DNA of 63,732 nt, filler included, from Perkinsus chesapeaki ATCC PRA-425 (taxonomy: Eukaryota > Protista > Perkinsozoa), in assembly GCA_013115145.1 (NCBI GenBank). It is 3 parts of 3 records of this genome, joined end to end, with 100 filler letters (N's around TTAATTAATTAA, not from the genome) between each part and the next. Parts side by side here need not be neighbours in the genome. Positions count along the whole stretch, not along the records: positions 1 to 28,973 come from JAAPAO010000460.1; 2 more parts are not named here. One strand, written 5' to 3'. Numbering within the stretch: position 1 is the first letter of the stretch; each line of letters starts with the position of its first letter. The notes under the pieces were generated by a model, which was given only the letters and a program-made list of their open reading frames with translations, did no database searches and had not been told where the DNA came from. This document shows, in pieces, positions 1 through 12,800 of this stretch. The position numbers and the translations under genes were made by a program.

Positions 1-356
1 CGGGCCCCTACCCGCACGGCGCGAACTGTGGGGGTGGGGGCCGAACGCGCAACGTCTCGCCCCGTACACCAAGTTATTGGTCAACAGTGCGCCACCGCCG
101 CCACCATGGACATGTGAAGCATGACACATCCAAACAAGGAGTACGATTATTATCTCTAGTAAACCACCAGGTCATCCTGGTGAAGATCGTCAAGCCTAAT
201 GATCGGGCTCAAAGCAACGTGCTCTTACTTTGAGTGAGTACTTCAGCCTGAAGTCTTCAGGCGTTGTTAAGGTGTCACTATATCGATCATCTGGGCGAGC
301 GCGTCTTCCCACGACGGCGTTCGTGCGTTCTTCTACTGCGGTCTTTGGCTTTCGTT

Positions 357-1643
357 ATGAAGGTACGCAATGATTCCTCGAAGAACAATGGTCTGTATGC
401 AGCGGAGATGGTACCGAATGCCAATGGTTGCTCCAACCCTCGATCAGTAGCTAATATTGTGATGACGGCTGTTGGTGTTGGTGTATTGGCTTTGCCCAAC
501 GCTGTTGCTATGGGTGGATGGATAGCTGCTCCTTTATTGTTGGTGCTTGCTTGGGCACTTACACATTTTCAAATGTGTTTGCTTTGGAAATGTCTATTCA
601 TGAACCCTTCTGGACGACAAATGCATTCCTATGAAGAAGTTGGTCGAGCTTGTTTCGGTCGCCCTGGCCAAATTGCCGTCATCATCTGCCTCTATGGTGG
701 TATCTTCTGCATTTGTGCTCTTATCATGATTCTACTCGGCAGTTCTCTCCACAATATCTCCCCCGCTCTGTCCCGTTCAATCTGGATAGTTATTTCGGTA
801 CTCGTAATGCTACCCTTTGCCTGGTTGCCAACCTTCAAGCGTGTCGGTATCATCGCCGCTGTAGGTGTTGCAGCCACCTTGGTTGTTGCTATCTCTGTGA
901 TAGTGGCTGGTGCGAGGGAGGCCATCTCATCTAGGCATCATCAACATGCATTAGGTCCCCAAGGTATTGGCGGCCTCGGTCTGTCGTTTACCAACCTCAT
1001 GAACAGTTTCACCTGTGCTCCTGTCATTCCCGGACTTGTCACCGAGATGCGCGATCCCTCCCACTTTCCCAGAGTTGCTATGTGGGCCTTTCTTACGATC
1101 GCGCTCTGCTTCGGGAGCATTGGCTTTGCTGGCTATGCAGGTTGGGGAATCGACATGCTCAATTTCGATCTCATCGTCGACGCTGTAGCATCTTCAGCTG
1201 GCAAGAACGACGGTATAAATTATGTGGTTCAGATCTCTATTATTGTAGTCTCAGTAACCCATCTCCTGGTCCTATTCGCTCCCCTAGGCAAGGCTAGTGA
1301 TCGTGCAGTATCATCTGTCCTGGGCAAGGCTCACTGGACCCTAATGCTCGGTGGTAGGTCTGTCGTTTTCCTTGCCGCCATGGGATTGGCGTTGTTGGTG
1401 CCGGGCTTTGGGTCATTGTTCAACCTAGTAGGATCTACCATTGTCATGTTTCTACAGATCCTTTTTCCGAGCATATTTTTCTTGAGGCTGATTCATCTCG
1501 ATTCAAAGAGAAGTATAGCTCCACCGTTCGCTACTTCATTTATGTACAAGTCAACGGTCGTCACGGTGCTGCTCTGTATAGTTCTTGGAGCATTTGGTTT
1601 GGTGTTAGGGACGTACCAAGGCATAGATTCTTTGATCAAGTAG
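357..1643 (+). CDS. Amino acid/auxin permease (Aa_trans) family transporter, intronless, paralog 1
   Basis: ORF 264-1643 with first ATG at 357 (or 408). About 11 hydrophobic segments; N-terminal 'VANIVMTAVGVGVLALPNAVAMGGW' and 'FTNLMNSFTCAPVIP' are typical AAAP signatures. Confidence 0.9.
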   Translation: MKVRNDSSKNNGLYAAEMVPNANGCSNPRSVANIVMTAVGVGVLALPNAVAMGGWIAAPLLLVLAWALTHFQMCLLWKCLFMNPSGRQMHSYEEVGRACFGRPGQIAVIICLYGGIFCICALIMILLGSSLHNISPALSRSIWIVISVLVMLPFAWLPTFKRVGIIAAVGVAATLVVAISVIVAGAREAISSRHHQHALGPQGIGGLGLSFTNLMNSFTCAPVIPGLVTEMRDPSHFPRVAMWAFLTIALCFGSIGFAGYAGWGIDMLNFDLIVDAVASSAGKNDGINYVVQISIIVVSVTHLLVLFAPLGKASDRAVSSVLGKAHWTLMLGGRSVVFLAAMGLALLVPGFGSLFNLVGSTIVMFLQILFPSIFFLRLIHLDSKRSIAPPFATSFMYKSTVVTVLLCIVLGAFGLVLGTYQGIDSLIK

Positions 1644-2371
1644 ACAGGTCTTTGCAGACGTTAATTGTCTGGACCCATTTCTGGTTGAGCACACCGTTTG
1701 AGTTTTGACAAGGAGTTTAATAGGAACAACGTGAACGAGGATCATCGAATGCATCATCAATTTACATGCGACTAGTGATAGTTGAGCGCTTGGAAAATAT
1801 TGAGCGGAATGATTGTGGTGAAATTCGGTGCTAATACTCCTACAACTTTTGGTGGATCTCCGAACTTCTAAATATCTTTCACAGCAGTCCCAGTCACCAG
1901 TGGTGGTAGGTGACCTTACTCAGTTGATCGGATGCGTAGTGGGGCTGCGCTAAGAAGGGTCGATGTCAAGGTGCTTCAAACTACACCACTAGCTTCTGTG
2001 CGTTACTAGCTTTGGCCCATCGCTGGGGAGGCTGTGATTGATAGAACTAACCGGTAAATGATGTTCGATACTTTACCGTAGATGAGACATCCGAGGCCAC
2101 GGTCTCGAGGCGTGGGCCAACAACTGATATGAAAAAGTGAGCCCGAGCTTGTATGGGCTTATTTTCCGCGTGGCTTCTGGAATTTTTGTATTAACTTTTA
2201 CCAGGAGTGCGAGTGTAAAATATAGAATTGATTTTGGTATTACTACTGAATCGGCGAAGACGTTGGGAAACTAACGGACATAACCTTTCATTGCTTTGGG
2301 AGGGAGCTTGGTGGCATATAAAAGAAGTTGGATTACCGAGCCTTTCCAGTTTAAGTTGTTCACTTTCAATC

Positions 2372-3649
2372 ATGACAGTTCCAATAGACGATTCCTTACC
2401 TGCCAAATTTGCCATCAACAAGTCTGGATGTTCGAACCTCAGAGCTATAGCCAATCTCGTCATGACTGCGGTTGGTGTCGGCGTATTGGCTCTCCCAAAT
2501 GCGGTAGCTCTGGCTGGCTGGGTGGTCGGGCCGCTATTACTGGTGCTCGCTTGGGTATTAACACACTTTATGATGTGCTTGCTGTGGCGGTGTATGTACA
2601 TGAACCCAGAAGGTGTCAGGTTTGAATCTTATGAGGCTGTCGGGCGGAGATGTTTCGGCCTTCCTGGGCAAATTGCGGTATGCATTTGCCTCTATGGCGG
2701 AATATTCTGCATCTGTTCGTTGATGATCATCCTCATGGGTGACACAATGACGAATCTTGTCCCGTCCCTCGGAAGGATTCCGTGGATTCTCATATTTGTG
2801 GGCATCATAGCACCATTGTCGTGGTTGCCCAGTATGAGCCAGATAGGTGTCGTCTCTGCAATCGGTGTTGCTGCCACCATCCTCGCCACAATATTTGTTA
2901 TCATCGCTGGAGTTCGAGAAGCTGTCAGTGATGACACTCATGTCCATTCGTTGGTGCCTCACAGTGTTAGCGGGCTCGGCCTGGCCTTCACAAACTTCAT
3001 GAACAGCTACACGTGCGCGCCAGTCATCCCCGAGCTCATCGATGAAATGCGCGACCCTCGACAGTTCCCCAAAGTGGCATTCTGGGCATTTACTATCATC
3101 ACTCTTCTATTCGGCAGTATTGGTTTTGCTGGCTACGCTGGCTGGGGTGTAGATATGTTGGGTTATGGCTCGATCGTCGATGCAGTAGCAGCCTCAGCAG
3201 GGCCCGGGGATGCCATTAACTACGTTGTCCAGATTGCTATAGCTGTTGTGTCCGCGGCACACTTGTTGGTTTTATTTACACCTTTGGGCAAGGGCGCCGA
3301 AACCTTCGCGGAATCTATTGCCAAACGTAGCCTGCCGCGCGTCGTTCGATTGGCCTGTCGAACTGTTGCATTGGCGTGCTGTACATGTTTGGCAATTTTC
3401 GTTCCTGGTTTTGGTACGCTTTTCAATCTGGTCGGTTCCACAATTGTTATGTTCCTTCAGATTATCTTCCCTGTCACCTTCTTTGTGTGGTTGTCCCACA
3501 TCAGTGTTAAGAGCGGCGATCGTCTTGTGCCAGCCAAGACGGTCGGCCAGCAGATTCTGTTTTACGTGTTGCTACCCCTGTGCTTCTGTTTGGGTCTATT
3601 CGGACTGATTCTAGGAACATATCAGGGAATCGAACCATTAGTTGATTAA
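2372..3649 (+). CDS. Amino acid/auxin permease (Aa_trans) family transporter, intronless, paralog 2
   Basis: ORF 2228-3649, first ATG at 2372. Colinear with paralog 1 throughout (e.g. 'VMTAVGVGVLALPNAVA', 'FGSIGFAGYAGWG', 'LVGSTIVMFLQI', 'GTYQGI'). Confidence 0.9.
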   Translation: MTVPIDDSLPAKFAINKSGCSNLRAIANLVMTAVGVGVLALPNAVALAGWVVGPLLLVLAWVLTHFMMCLLWRCMYMNPEGVRFESYEAVGRRCFGLPGQIAVCICLYGGIFCICSLMIILMGDTMTNLVPSLGRIPWILIFVGIIAPLSWLPSMSQIGVVSAIGVAATILATIFVIIAGVREAVSDDTHVHSLVPHSVSGLGLAFTNFMNSYTCAPVIPELIDEMRDPRQFPKVAFWAFTIITLLFGSIGFAGYAGWGVDMLGYGSIVDAVAASAGPGDAINYVVQIAIAVVSAAHLLVLFTPLGKGAETFAESIAKRSLPRVVRLACRTVALACCTCLAIFVPGFGTLFNLVGSTIVMFLQIIFPVTFFVWLSHISVKSGDRLVPAKTVGQQILFYVLLPLCFCLGLFGLILGTYQGIEPLVD

Positions 3650-3950
3650 ATTACCGTTACTCATTTCTGTTGTAGATCTTATTGTTTGGTTTACAGTGTC
3701 ACATTCTCTGCAGGCTTTACTTCGGGAAGATGGCATCATCACCAAGAGCTGAAGGAGCTACTAAGGACGCTCCCACAACAGAAAATATTGATAATGTAAT
3801 AAAGGGAACTTCTAGGGAGGGACAGCTATCAGAGTTTAAAGCATGTACGTTCCCGATCGATGAGAGCAAGAGCGAGAGCTGCACCACTGGATTCGGGGAT
3901 CAGCTCTTGGCGGAGCGAATCACGCGGGGAAAATTCTGGTGTTTTCTTTG

Positions 3951-4195
3951 TATGAGCTGAAATTTGAACTTCGTATGAGCTGAAATTTGAACTTCGTATG
4001 AGCTGAAATTTGAACTTCGTATNNNNNNNNNNNNNNNNNNNNNNNNNNNNNNNNNNNNNNNNNNNNNNNNNNNNNNNNNNNNNNNNNNNNNNNNNNNNNN
4101 NNNNNNNNNNNNNNNNNNNNNCGTATGAGCTGAAATTTGAACTTCGTATGAGCTGAAATTTGAACTTCGTATGAGCTGAAATTTGAACTTCGTAT
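3951..4195. repeat. 23-bp tandem minisatellite (TATGAGCTGAAATTTGAACTTCG)n spanning an N-gap (4023-4121)
   Basis: About 3 identical units on each side of the gap; true copy number unknown. Confidence 0.92.
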
Positions 4196-4509
4196 AACTT
4201 CTACCTTCGGTGCCCCCCCTCCACTTTCAAGCTGTGTGGAACTGGTGACGGTGGTGGGATTAGCATACAACATACCAAGAGGATGGTAATCATGCAAAAA
4301 GTTATGTGTTGATTTTCCGTTCCTTTTGTATCACTGACTTCTCGCGTGTCGGAAGATTATAAGCCTTGTTTTCTGGGGAACGCTCAGTTCGAGTCAGCAA
4401 GGAATAAATACAGAAATAATATTTGCCTAAAACTTCCTTTCCTTTGCGGTGACACTATTATATAATTATCATCAGTTTACATTATTGCTCTACATGCGGA
4501 TTTTGTAGA

Positions 4510-5895
4510 TCCGCTCAATCAGAAATCAGAGAAGTCTAATTCAAAGCGTGGGATAGTTAAAGCTATAATATAGTCGGCTCGGCGTGGACGTCTCGGGAGA
4601 ACAATATTCATATTGGCCAAAGGAAGGGACGCCCCGACGGGAACACACACCTGAACAACTACATTATCTTCAGGAAGCCACTTGGACCGCGATACATTAA
4701 TTTCTTGAAACTGGCGTAAGTGCCAAAATATATATCTTTATTTTTGGGGAACAACTTGTGGTGGAGGGTTGTAGTTGAATGGGCGCTAAGGGCACTCACA
4801 TTTCCTTGAAATATTAGAAGATACTTTTGTTAGGCATGCCGACGAGGAGGCGATATTGAGCTCGGTGAAGTTCAACAGGATGACAGGATGATATCAACAC
4901 CACCAGCAAATGTAAAGAAGCATATGAGATTGAATAGCATTATTGTTAAAGGTTGTTGAAAAATCCGCAACTAATTCGGATTCGGGGGCGGCAAGTACTC
5001 CTGAAGCAGGTGGGGAACAGGGCATATTTGAAAGAGTGTAATGAGAGGGAAGGAGGAGGCAAAGGAGCTTCACTGGCTTTCTGATTCCCTTCTTATCAGT
5101 TAAAATTATTAATAACAACAACCGTTAAAAGCGAAATTATGTCAATGTTTTTTTGACACATTTCTATCGAATTTCCGTTGAGTGCTTGGATATTCCTTTG
5201 TGTGTTATGTGCCATGAATCACCACTTTTCGCGTCGTTAACACTGAATAAAGCTTTATGTGTTAATCAAATGGCGTCTATTACAGTGAGGTGAACCAAGT
5301 ATCTACAGGATAATAAGTATTGCAATTTTATTACCCATTGTTTCCAGTGGTGTTCTCGAACTCGCCGATTTTGCTGACTTCGGAAGTCTGTGTGGAGTTG
5401 GCCGAGCTCTGCGGTTTCTTAATATAAAATAGTGATGATGACTGTTAATTCATCCGATATCTCGGTTGGATATCGCCAGCTCGATTCATGTCGTCTATTC
5501 GGGACTATCAAAAATGTGCTCCTTCGTAAGGTAGAATGTGCTCGAAAACTCTTCGTGTAGATTCCGGAATCTCAAGAAACCAGTTATGATCCGATATTAC
5601 GCACTCTTCGCTTTGCGCTTTTCATCTTTGCAAGATCGGCGTGGTGTTATTGTGATCGTTACATGTCACAAAAAAGAGCATATCCATCTTAACGGGGTCG
5701 TATTGATATTTCAGCAAGTTCATACATTTGAACTGAGGTCGATTAGGTTCGATTACTCTAGTTGCTATCAGATATAACCTACTGAATTTCGCAATCGGTA
5801 GAGGTGGAGCGTCGCCTGATAGAGACAGTAATGATACTGTAAATGATGATAGTACTGATGAAAGCACTGATGATGATGAAGGAGAGGAGGAGGTA
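4510..5895 (+). CDS. Probable multi-exon hypothetical protein (fragments only)
   Basis: Splice-bounded open segments, e.g. 'RLGVDVSGEQYSYWPKEG' (~4573), 'GVLELADFADFGSLCGVG' (~5350) and an acidic 'DDSTDESTDDDEGEEE' (~5845). No full model built. Confidence 0.3.
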
Positions 5896-6255
5896 GGTGA
5901 GGGAGAGTAGATTTAGGCGGTGTTCAGGGTCGCACTTAGAACAATGGTGGATATTGATGAATGTTGTTCGTTCCATAGAAATGAAAGATAAATCATTGAA
6001 AATTAGTTATTAACAGCAACAAGTTGGGGGGGATCACTTTAGGAACCTGATTATGAAAGGCGTTGACTTCCTAGTTTTTGACTCCCCTTCAAGAATATAA
6101 CAGACGAGCCGATCGATGCAATTGATACAAACCATTGAACAAGCGCCGAAGTCAGCGAGTGAAGTTACGTACGTGCTTTCTACTTTTCGAGAGATCCCAC
6201 TTTAGCCCAAGTTGCTTGATGACGATGTCGTTAGAAGTGTGACAGGGTTTCTATT

Positions 6256-9200
6256 ATGAGTACTTGGAGTACGATGATACGTATCTCAGTAGTAGTAGTT
6301 GTTACTAGTAATCTGGACGGTTTCATAAAAATCAAGCATTCGGCTTAATTGTACCGTTTTTCGGAAAACCTTTTCCTGTCTATCTGATGATTTCAGACCA
6401 CCGAAGCCGGTCTTCCATAGCCGCATTGGAGAGGTAAAATAATTTTTTCGCAAAAAAATATTTTTTCAATAGTGTATTTTCTATGAAAATTCGGTGTGGA
6501 AATTTTCAGACATTTTTTCCGTAATATTTGTACACCAGGCGGAATTACACCGCTAACATTCTGCTGGGTCCAGTAAATTTTATATGTTATATTACTTCAC
6601 ATCCACATCATTCAGGGTGGTGATGATAATAGAGTTGTTAAGGGGGGCGGATGGGGCCAAGGATCATCAGCTGTGGTGAGCAAACAACAGGGAACTGCAG
6701 GAGCTGTATTTGCTTTGGTGAAGTCATTTATTGGGATTGGTGAGCGGGAATTGGAGGGATACATGGACAAGCTTAAAAAATGGAAAAGTCCAGTGAGAAT
6801 AAACAGCGCAACAGTTAAACGAATAATAACGTAGTTACGGAAATGAATGTGTTACCAAAGTACTGAACTCAAAAGTAAAAAGAAATACTGAAAAGTAGTG
6901 AATTACAGAACAGTAATAGAGAATGGCCAATGCATGCCATGCGTGAACATTTTCATTCTGATGATACTTCACTCGCCGGATCGCTGATCCCCCTCCTTAC
7001 TCTCTGAGCATAATTGGAAGATAATACTCCCATCACTGGTTTGGAGGATAGCATTATTGGTACGTTCAATTGACGATGAAGTCTATTCGTAATACTACAA
7101 TATGTTGAGCCTCTTTATTATTATCTACCGATGTTTATGATATTCTCTTCAGGTGTTCTTTCTTTACCGTTTGCGATGATGAAGGGCGGCTATGTTGGCG
7201 GTCCGATAGGTTTGGCCATAATAGCGATAATTGCACACCACTGCATGCAGCTCCTATTAGAGACCAGCAGATTGGTGGGCATGAATGACGCGCTTGAAGC
7301 TAAGATATGCTTTTAGGTATCGATAGCACAGGAATCGTCGGCTGGCGATAAGTCGGCTGTTGTTCATCAGCGATTGTCGTTCGGCATGCTCGGCAAATAT
7401 GTAGGTTTTTTTCCGAAATTTAATTTCACATGAAACGGTTGATCGATATTGGCATCTTTTAGTAGCTGTGAATAGCTAATGCAGAAAGCAATGACGAATG
7501 ATACGGAATACTTTACTATTCGAGGATTCCTTTTCGTGATCATTCTTCGCGAAATTGTTGTCGCTATTTGTAACAATGATTTCCGTATTCGTTAAATTGG
7601 CGGCCTTAAGCGCGAACAAGATTTCTGTAAGGTATGGGAGCATATCCCAGATCAACCCTTCATTCCTCCTTCTCTATTTTACCACCGAATTAGGAACATT
7701 TTTTGCCCGGCAAGATTTCCTCTTTCCTATCAGGTGATCGGCCGATGGGGTAAAGTGGTTGTAGATTATTCATTGCTGGCATCCCAGATGGGTTTCTGTG
7801 TTGCCTATATAATATTTATCGCAGCCAACCTATCAGATGTCATCAAGCATGAGACTGGCAGTACGTTCATTTCACAAAGACTCATAGCTATTTGTAAGTT
7901 ACCGAAAAATACGAAAGTTTTCCCGGTTTTAGACCAAGTTTTCGTGCTAGCGAATTTAGCGATTTTTGTGAGCAGTATTCCAGACATATTCTGCGGTCTC
8001 TTTGACTGAAGTTGTCACATTTTTTGAAAGCATAGCGGAGCGTTGCGGTGATGAAATCGACGAAAGATCAAGAGAGTGAAACACCCGATGCCCCGTCACG
8101 CACGCGCAATGTTTCGACACAACCTGTCGGTCGCATGCGTGCAATATCTTAGCGACGCCGATCGATATGACGAGCACGAAGCTGTTGCCAACAACCATGT
8201 TTCATGCAGAGCAGAAATGTACCGCTGGCATAGGTTGATTATTTTAACCTCTCCCCCCCCGACCCGGGAGATGTGCACGGGTACATCAATTACAGAATAG
8301 CCGAACGATGTACGCGTGCGCATAGAAACATCAGCGAGTAAGGAGTTACCGCTAGGGCAACAGAGTTTGTCCCTCGGTTTCCGACCCAACCGGATCGACT
8401 CTATCACCCGCTGTGTTTCTCCTATCCCACACTCTCGTGTCAGAGGAGATTTCACCTCTAGAAAATGCTTCTGGCGTTCCCTGAGAAATTCTCAAACTTT
8501 TTCTGGGAATTTTCGATTTTTTCCGTATTTTTCAGGTTGTGTATTATTATTGATTCCAATTGCTTGGTTGAAGAATTTAAAAGCGTTGAAGATTCCCACT
8601 CTCATGGCTAATGTCGCTCTCATTGTAAGCTGTATAATTTCGTGGCGCGTGAAACATTTCGTCCTGTTCAGGCTGGTATCTTATGGGTGTTCTATTGTGC
8701 CGTTGCACATTTACCATTTGCGGACTTCTCCAAATTGCACGCAGTCAACCTGGCGGAGTAAGATCTAAATTTTTTTCTGGAATTTCTGTGATTTTTTCCA
8801 TTTTTTCAAGTCGAAATATATGCTTATGGATCAATTGGAATGCTTTGTACAATTCTAATGAAAACCGTTTCGTAAGTTTTTGCTATATATTTTTGACAAA
8901 AAACCTTCAGAAAAATACTTTTACTCCCGAAATTTTCCGGAAACTTTAGGTGAGTTTTTCTATGATGGGAAAATCCTTCCGGAATTGAGGATGAACTTTA
9001 CACTTCAAACCGGATTTCGTCACTGCGCCGCGAAATTATGGCTTCTGCTAGGTACCCCGTGTTCTTCGGCTTGGCAGTGTTTTCGTTTGAGGGGATTGGT
9101 TTGGTTTTGCCTATCCAACAGAGCATGAAAGAGCCAGAAAAGTTACCGCACCTTCTGAAAATAATTATGACTTGCATCACATGTAGGGATAAATCTTGCA

Positions 9201-9862
9201 ATCTTGCTCTCACTTGCATTTCCTCAACGGTTAGGTGGTTTCATAATATTCGGTGTCACCTGTTATATTTCATACGGCCCAGAGACCAAATCGATGATCA
9301 CATTTAATCTTCCCGTCCACAAACTAACTTCGGTAAAAAATTTTCGGTAAATTTTGGAAATTTTATTTTTTTTCAGTTCCTCCGATTGTTCTACTGTATT
9401 GGTATATTTTTCACATATCCAATTATGATGTTTCCAGTCTTCCAACTTGTCGAACATAAATGGCAAAGATTTTTTGGGGCGCGTGAAGATGGCGGCCGTC
9501 GACATCAGATGGTTTTCCGAGCTGGCTTGGTGATCGTTACCGGCATCATTGCGCTGATGGGAATGAACGTTCCGAATTTCGGTCTGTATTTGTCACTGAT
9601 CGGAAGTGTTTGCTGTAGGTCCCGGGTTCGATTTTCGGTGAGGGCGTTTTTAGGTACCCTATTGGCATTCATTTTGCCGGCATTGTTTCATCTATATAGA
9701 CCTGGCAAAAGAATGGAAGATGATAAAAAGCGAATACACACCGATCGCATTGATAAAATAATAATTGCATTCGGAATCTTGGCTGGACTTGTCAGCTTCA
9801 CATTTACATTGAAGGGCTTCTTCACGGAGGAACAGGAAGCTCCAGCCGAAGCTGCTTTGTAA
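6256..9862 (+). CDS. Proton-coupled amino acid transporter (SLC36/AVT3-like, Aa_trans family), multi-exon
   Basis: In-frame GT-AG joins give 'GAVFALVKSFIGIG|VLSLPFAMMKGGYVGG...HHCMQLL', 'SQMGFCVAYIIFIAANL', 'FGLAVFSFEGIGLVLPIQQSMKEP', 'IGIFFTYPIMMFPV' and 'LIGSVCC|TLLAFILPA'. Stop at 9860-9862. Start ATG 6256 is tentative. Confidence 0.85.
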
Positions 9863-12800
9863 AAGATACTCTCGCACGCGGAAGGTTTTTTTATCCGCCC
9901 ATTTCTTGATTGGTGCACAATTCTTTTGTAGACGAGATTGGGTCTGTTGTGTTGCTTTCAATCACATCGTTCGAGACATTCCCTCACGCAACTCGTCCAG
10001 GCTGGGAAGTGGGGAAAAATCCGTAAAATTTCGGCGAAATTTTCCGGGAATTGTATTAATTTTCGTACAACTTATTTATATTTCATTATTTCCACTGTGC
10101 TTAGTGTGGTAATTTTGTGGCGCGTAAATGTTGCCGTCGTCGTCACCATCAACGAGCTTGGCGACATCATCTCTGGCACGATCGTGTCTCTTGGTACAGT
10201 GGCGAGGTCCGAAGATAGTTCCGCAAAAGTAAGCGGAAGTCTGTCGGGAAAATTTTATTAACTGAGCGAGTTTGTGCCAGGACGCCCAAGATCATCATAG
10301 CTGCTCTCCACTTAGGTGTATTTTTTCGGGTCATTTTGTCGCGAACTCGCGGGTGAACCTAAGATACTTGTATCTCGCTAGATAGTAGATGGTGCCCAAT
10401 CGGAGGGTAGGGTTTTTCAAAACAGCGCGGGATCGTGGATTCAATGATGGCATTTCCATAGCCATATCGGCGGGTAGACGTTCTTTGTGGGAGAATACGG
10501 TATGAATTATGATATATGAAAACTAACCAATGTTTGCAGCAATCTTGGGATTTCTCTGCGCTAGTTCCCATCTCGAGACTCAACACCATTTCCAGAGTTA
10601 ACTGCGGGGAGAATAACAGATAGAATAGTTGGTCGGGATAAGACTCGGCTCAGCATGTCTGCTATGATGATTTACCACACGCCCTACTAGAAAGGCGTGT
10701 GCTAGGTGTGTCGCCCTACTAGTAAGTTACTAGTCGATGAACGATTGACAATCTTAATCATTAGACAGAAATCATTCAACCACACAACTTCACAAGTGAA
10801 GCGGGTTCGAATCGCGGAACCGAACATATTTCTGTGATATTAAACTGAATAGAGGGTTCTTAACAAGTAATTGAGTATTTTGGTTAATGATATTTCAATG
10901 AATAATATTGGACATTGTAATTGAACACAATTATTCCTCTCAATTAGGTAGAAATTTCTGCGCGCCGTTTGATTATGTGTAATTACCTGATTTCTTAGGC
11001 ATTTGATTCGGACGTGGAAGGTGCGGGTTGGAGATATGGTTGAGATTATAAGTGGTAAAGATAAAGGGACACAAGGAGAGATATTACAGGTACCATATTT
11101 GCCCTTGTCCAACTTGGAATCGGTGGAATTGTTGGAATCGTTATCATTAGAGCTTCGAGATGTTTTCTGAGAACTACGATCATTCGATTACAGAAATGCG
11201 TTAATGGTTGGTTAGGAACTTGGAAACTCGAAACTCGGCACGGCGAGACCAACCGGGAGGCCCAACCGTCGAGTTTAGTGTGAATTCGCTATTTCAGATA
11301 ATTGAAGCACCCAAAAAGGCGATTTTTTCTTTCGGAACTTCACCAACTTCGGGAGGTTCAAGCACCAATCGAAAGTGCATGCCATTCTCATTACAACGGT
11401 GCTGCCTTGGATGATGTCAGATTCGATGATCGGGTTGAGGAGAAACACGAGATTGCAGCCACCAAAATTAACGTTTTCAAACGTCGCCAAAATTTATTCA
11501 ATGCTTGACTCTCTCACGAGTGATATGCCATGCTGAGATGAGCCTTACAGCACCGGGAAGCCCTACAAATTGCTGATCGAATGCTACCAGTCTTGGTCTC
11601 ATATTCGATCATTAAGTCATTCAGTTCGGCGCTGGGCAATTTTTCACCAGACTGTGTAACGTATTTTTAAATCGTAATTCCACGATGATAATTTAATTCG
11701 ACTAATGGTTGATTTCAGACGGACTACCGGCGGAATATGGTGAAGGTCCGAGGAGCTAATTTGAGACGGATGAAAGATAAGGATGGGAATGATTATCAAA
11801 TTGAGAAAAAGATACATTATAGGTCGGATTTAGCACCTCTCCTTAGCTGCGGAATGTCGGTATCTCTGTTCTCGGACAAACCTGCGCATCTCCGCCTATT
11901 CTTTCACCTCGAATGAAAGCGAGTGACATCAAAAAGCTTTGCGGAATTCTGGTTGGCTACGTTAAATCTTTAAAATAGATTTTGGATCGTAGAATTTTTT
12001 GAAGATGAGGCGTGTTATCAGCCAATGAAATATTCGAACTAGCCGTCGTTGAAGAACAAACTATAAAAATGTATGTCTTATATAAACTACACGTTTGTGA
12101 ATATAAGATCGTGAAATGAGAAATGGCGATGCAGCCTTCAATTGTACGATTCTGAGGCACCTGTAAGTCTGAAACTACATTCGATATGCAACAAGAACAT
12201 TCTTTTGTGGGAAAATTATGTAGCTGTTGATAGCTTTATATTATTATGACATTGTATTTTCAGCAACGTTAATCTTCTCGATCCTGTCTTTAAAAAGGCG
12301 ACAAGAGTTGACCTGCGATGGACAGAGGACGGTCAATTATGTAGGTTAAAATGACATCTGCGGGGATCGATCTCGGAACCTTTGGGTTCTTGGTTCAGTT
12401 CGAGTGGCTAAGCAATCGGGAACGGTAATTCCCTTTCCAGACAGATCGGCTCTGGTGGCAGATTGGTCCGATTGTAGGATGGTAATTTTGGGGCGCGTGA
12501 CTTTTATTCGTAGACAAACCAGGGCCGAAAGACACTCCTCCAGAAGTAGCGATGGAGAAATCATATCACTATAAAGAAGTGAGGGGAATTTGGTATCTTT
12601 TTGCACGCATGCGCATCGGCGTATCTTTCAGGATGTTCAAGCGATGAAGATCCTACGACAAACTATGAGCAAATATAACACTGATATTCAATCTTGTTGA
12701 TCGTGGCATGCAACGCTGTTTCCGTTTCCGCATCTTTACGTTTGTCTTTTCGATCGGGCTCCGGAATTCCTTCGTTGAACTTGTGTTGGTTATCATCGTC

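Noticed and set aside
3682-4297. ORFs 3682-3960 (+) and 3920-4297 (-)
   Set aside because: They run into or derive from the 23-bp minisatellite and N-gap, and show no domain signal.
12485-12502. 17/18 match ATTTT(G/C)GGGCGCGTGACT shared with ~23866
   Set aside because: About one such pair is expected by chance in a window this size, and the flanks are unrelated.
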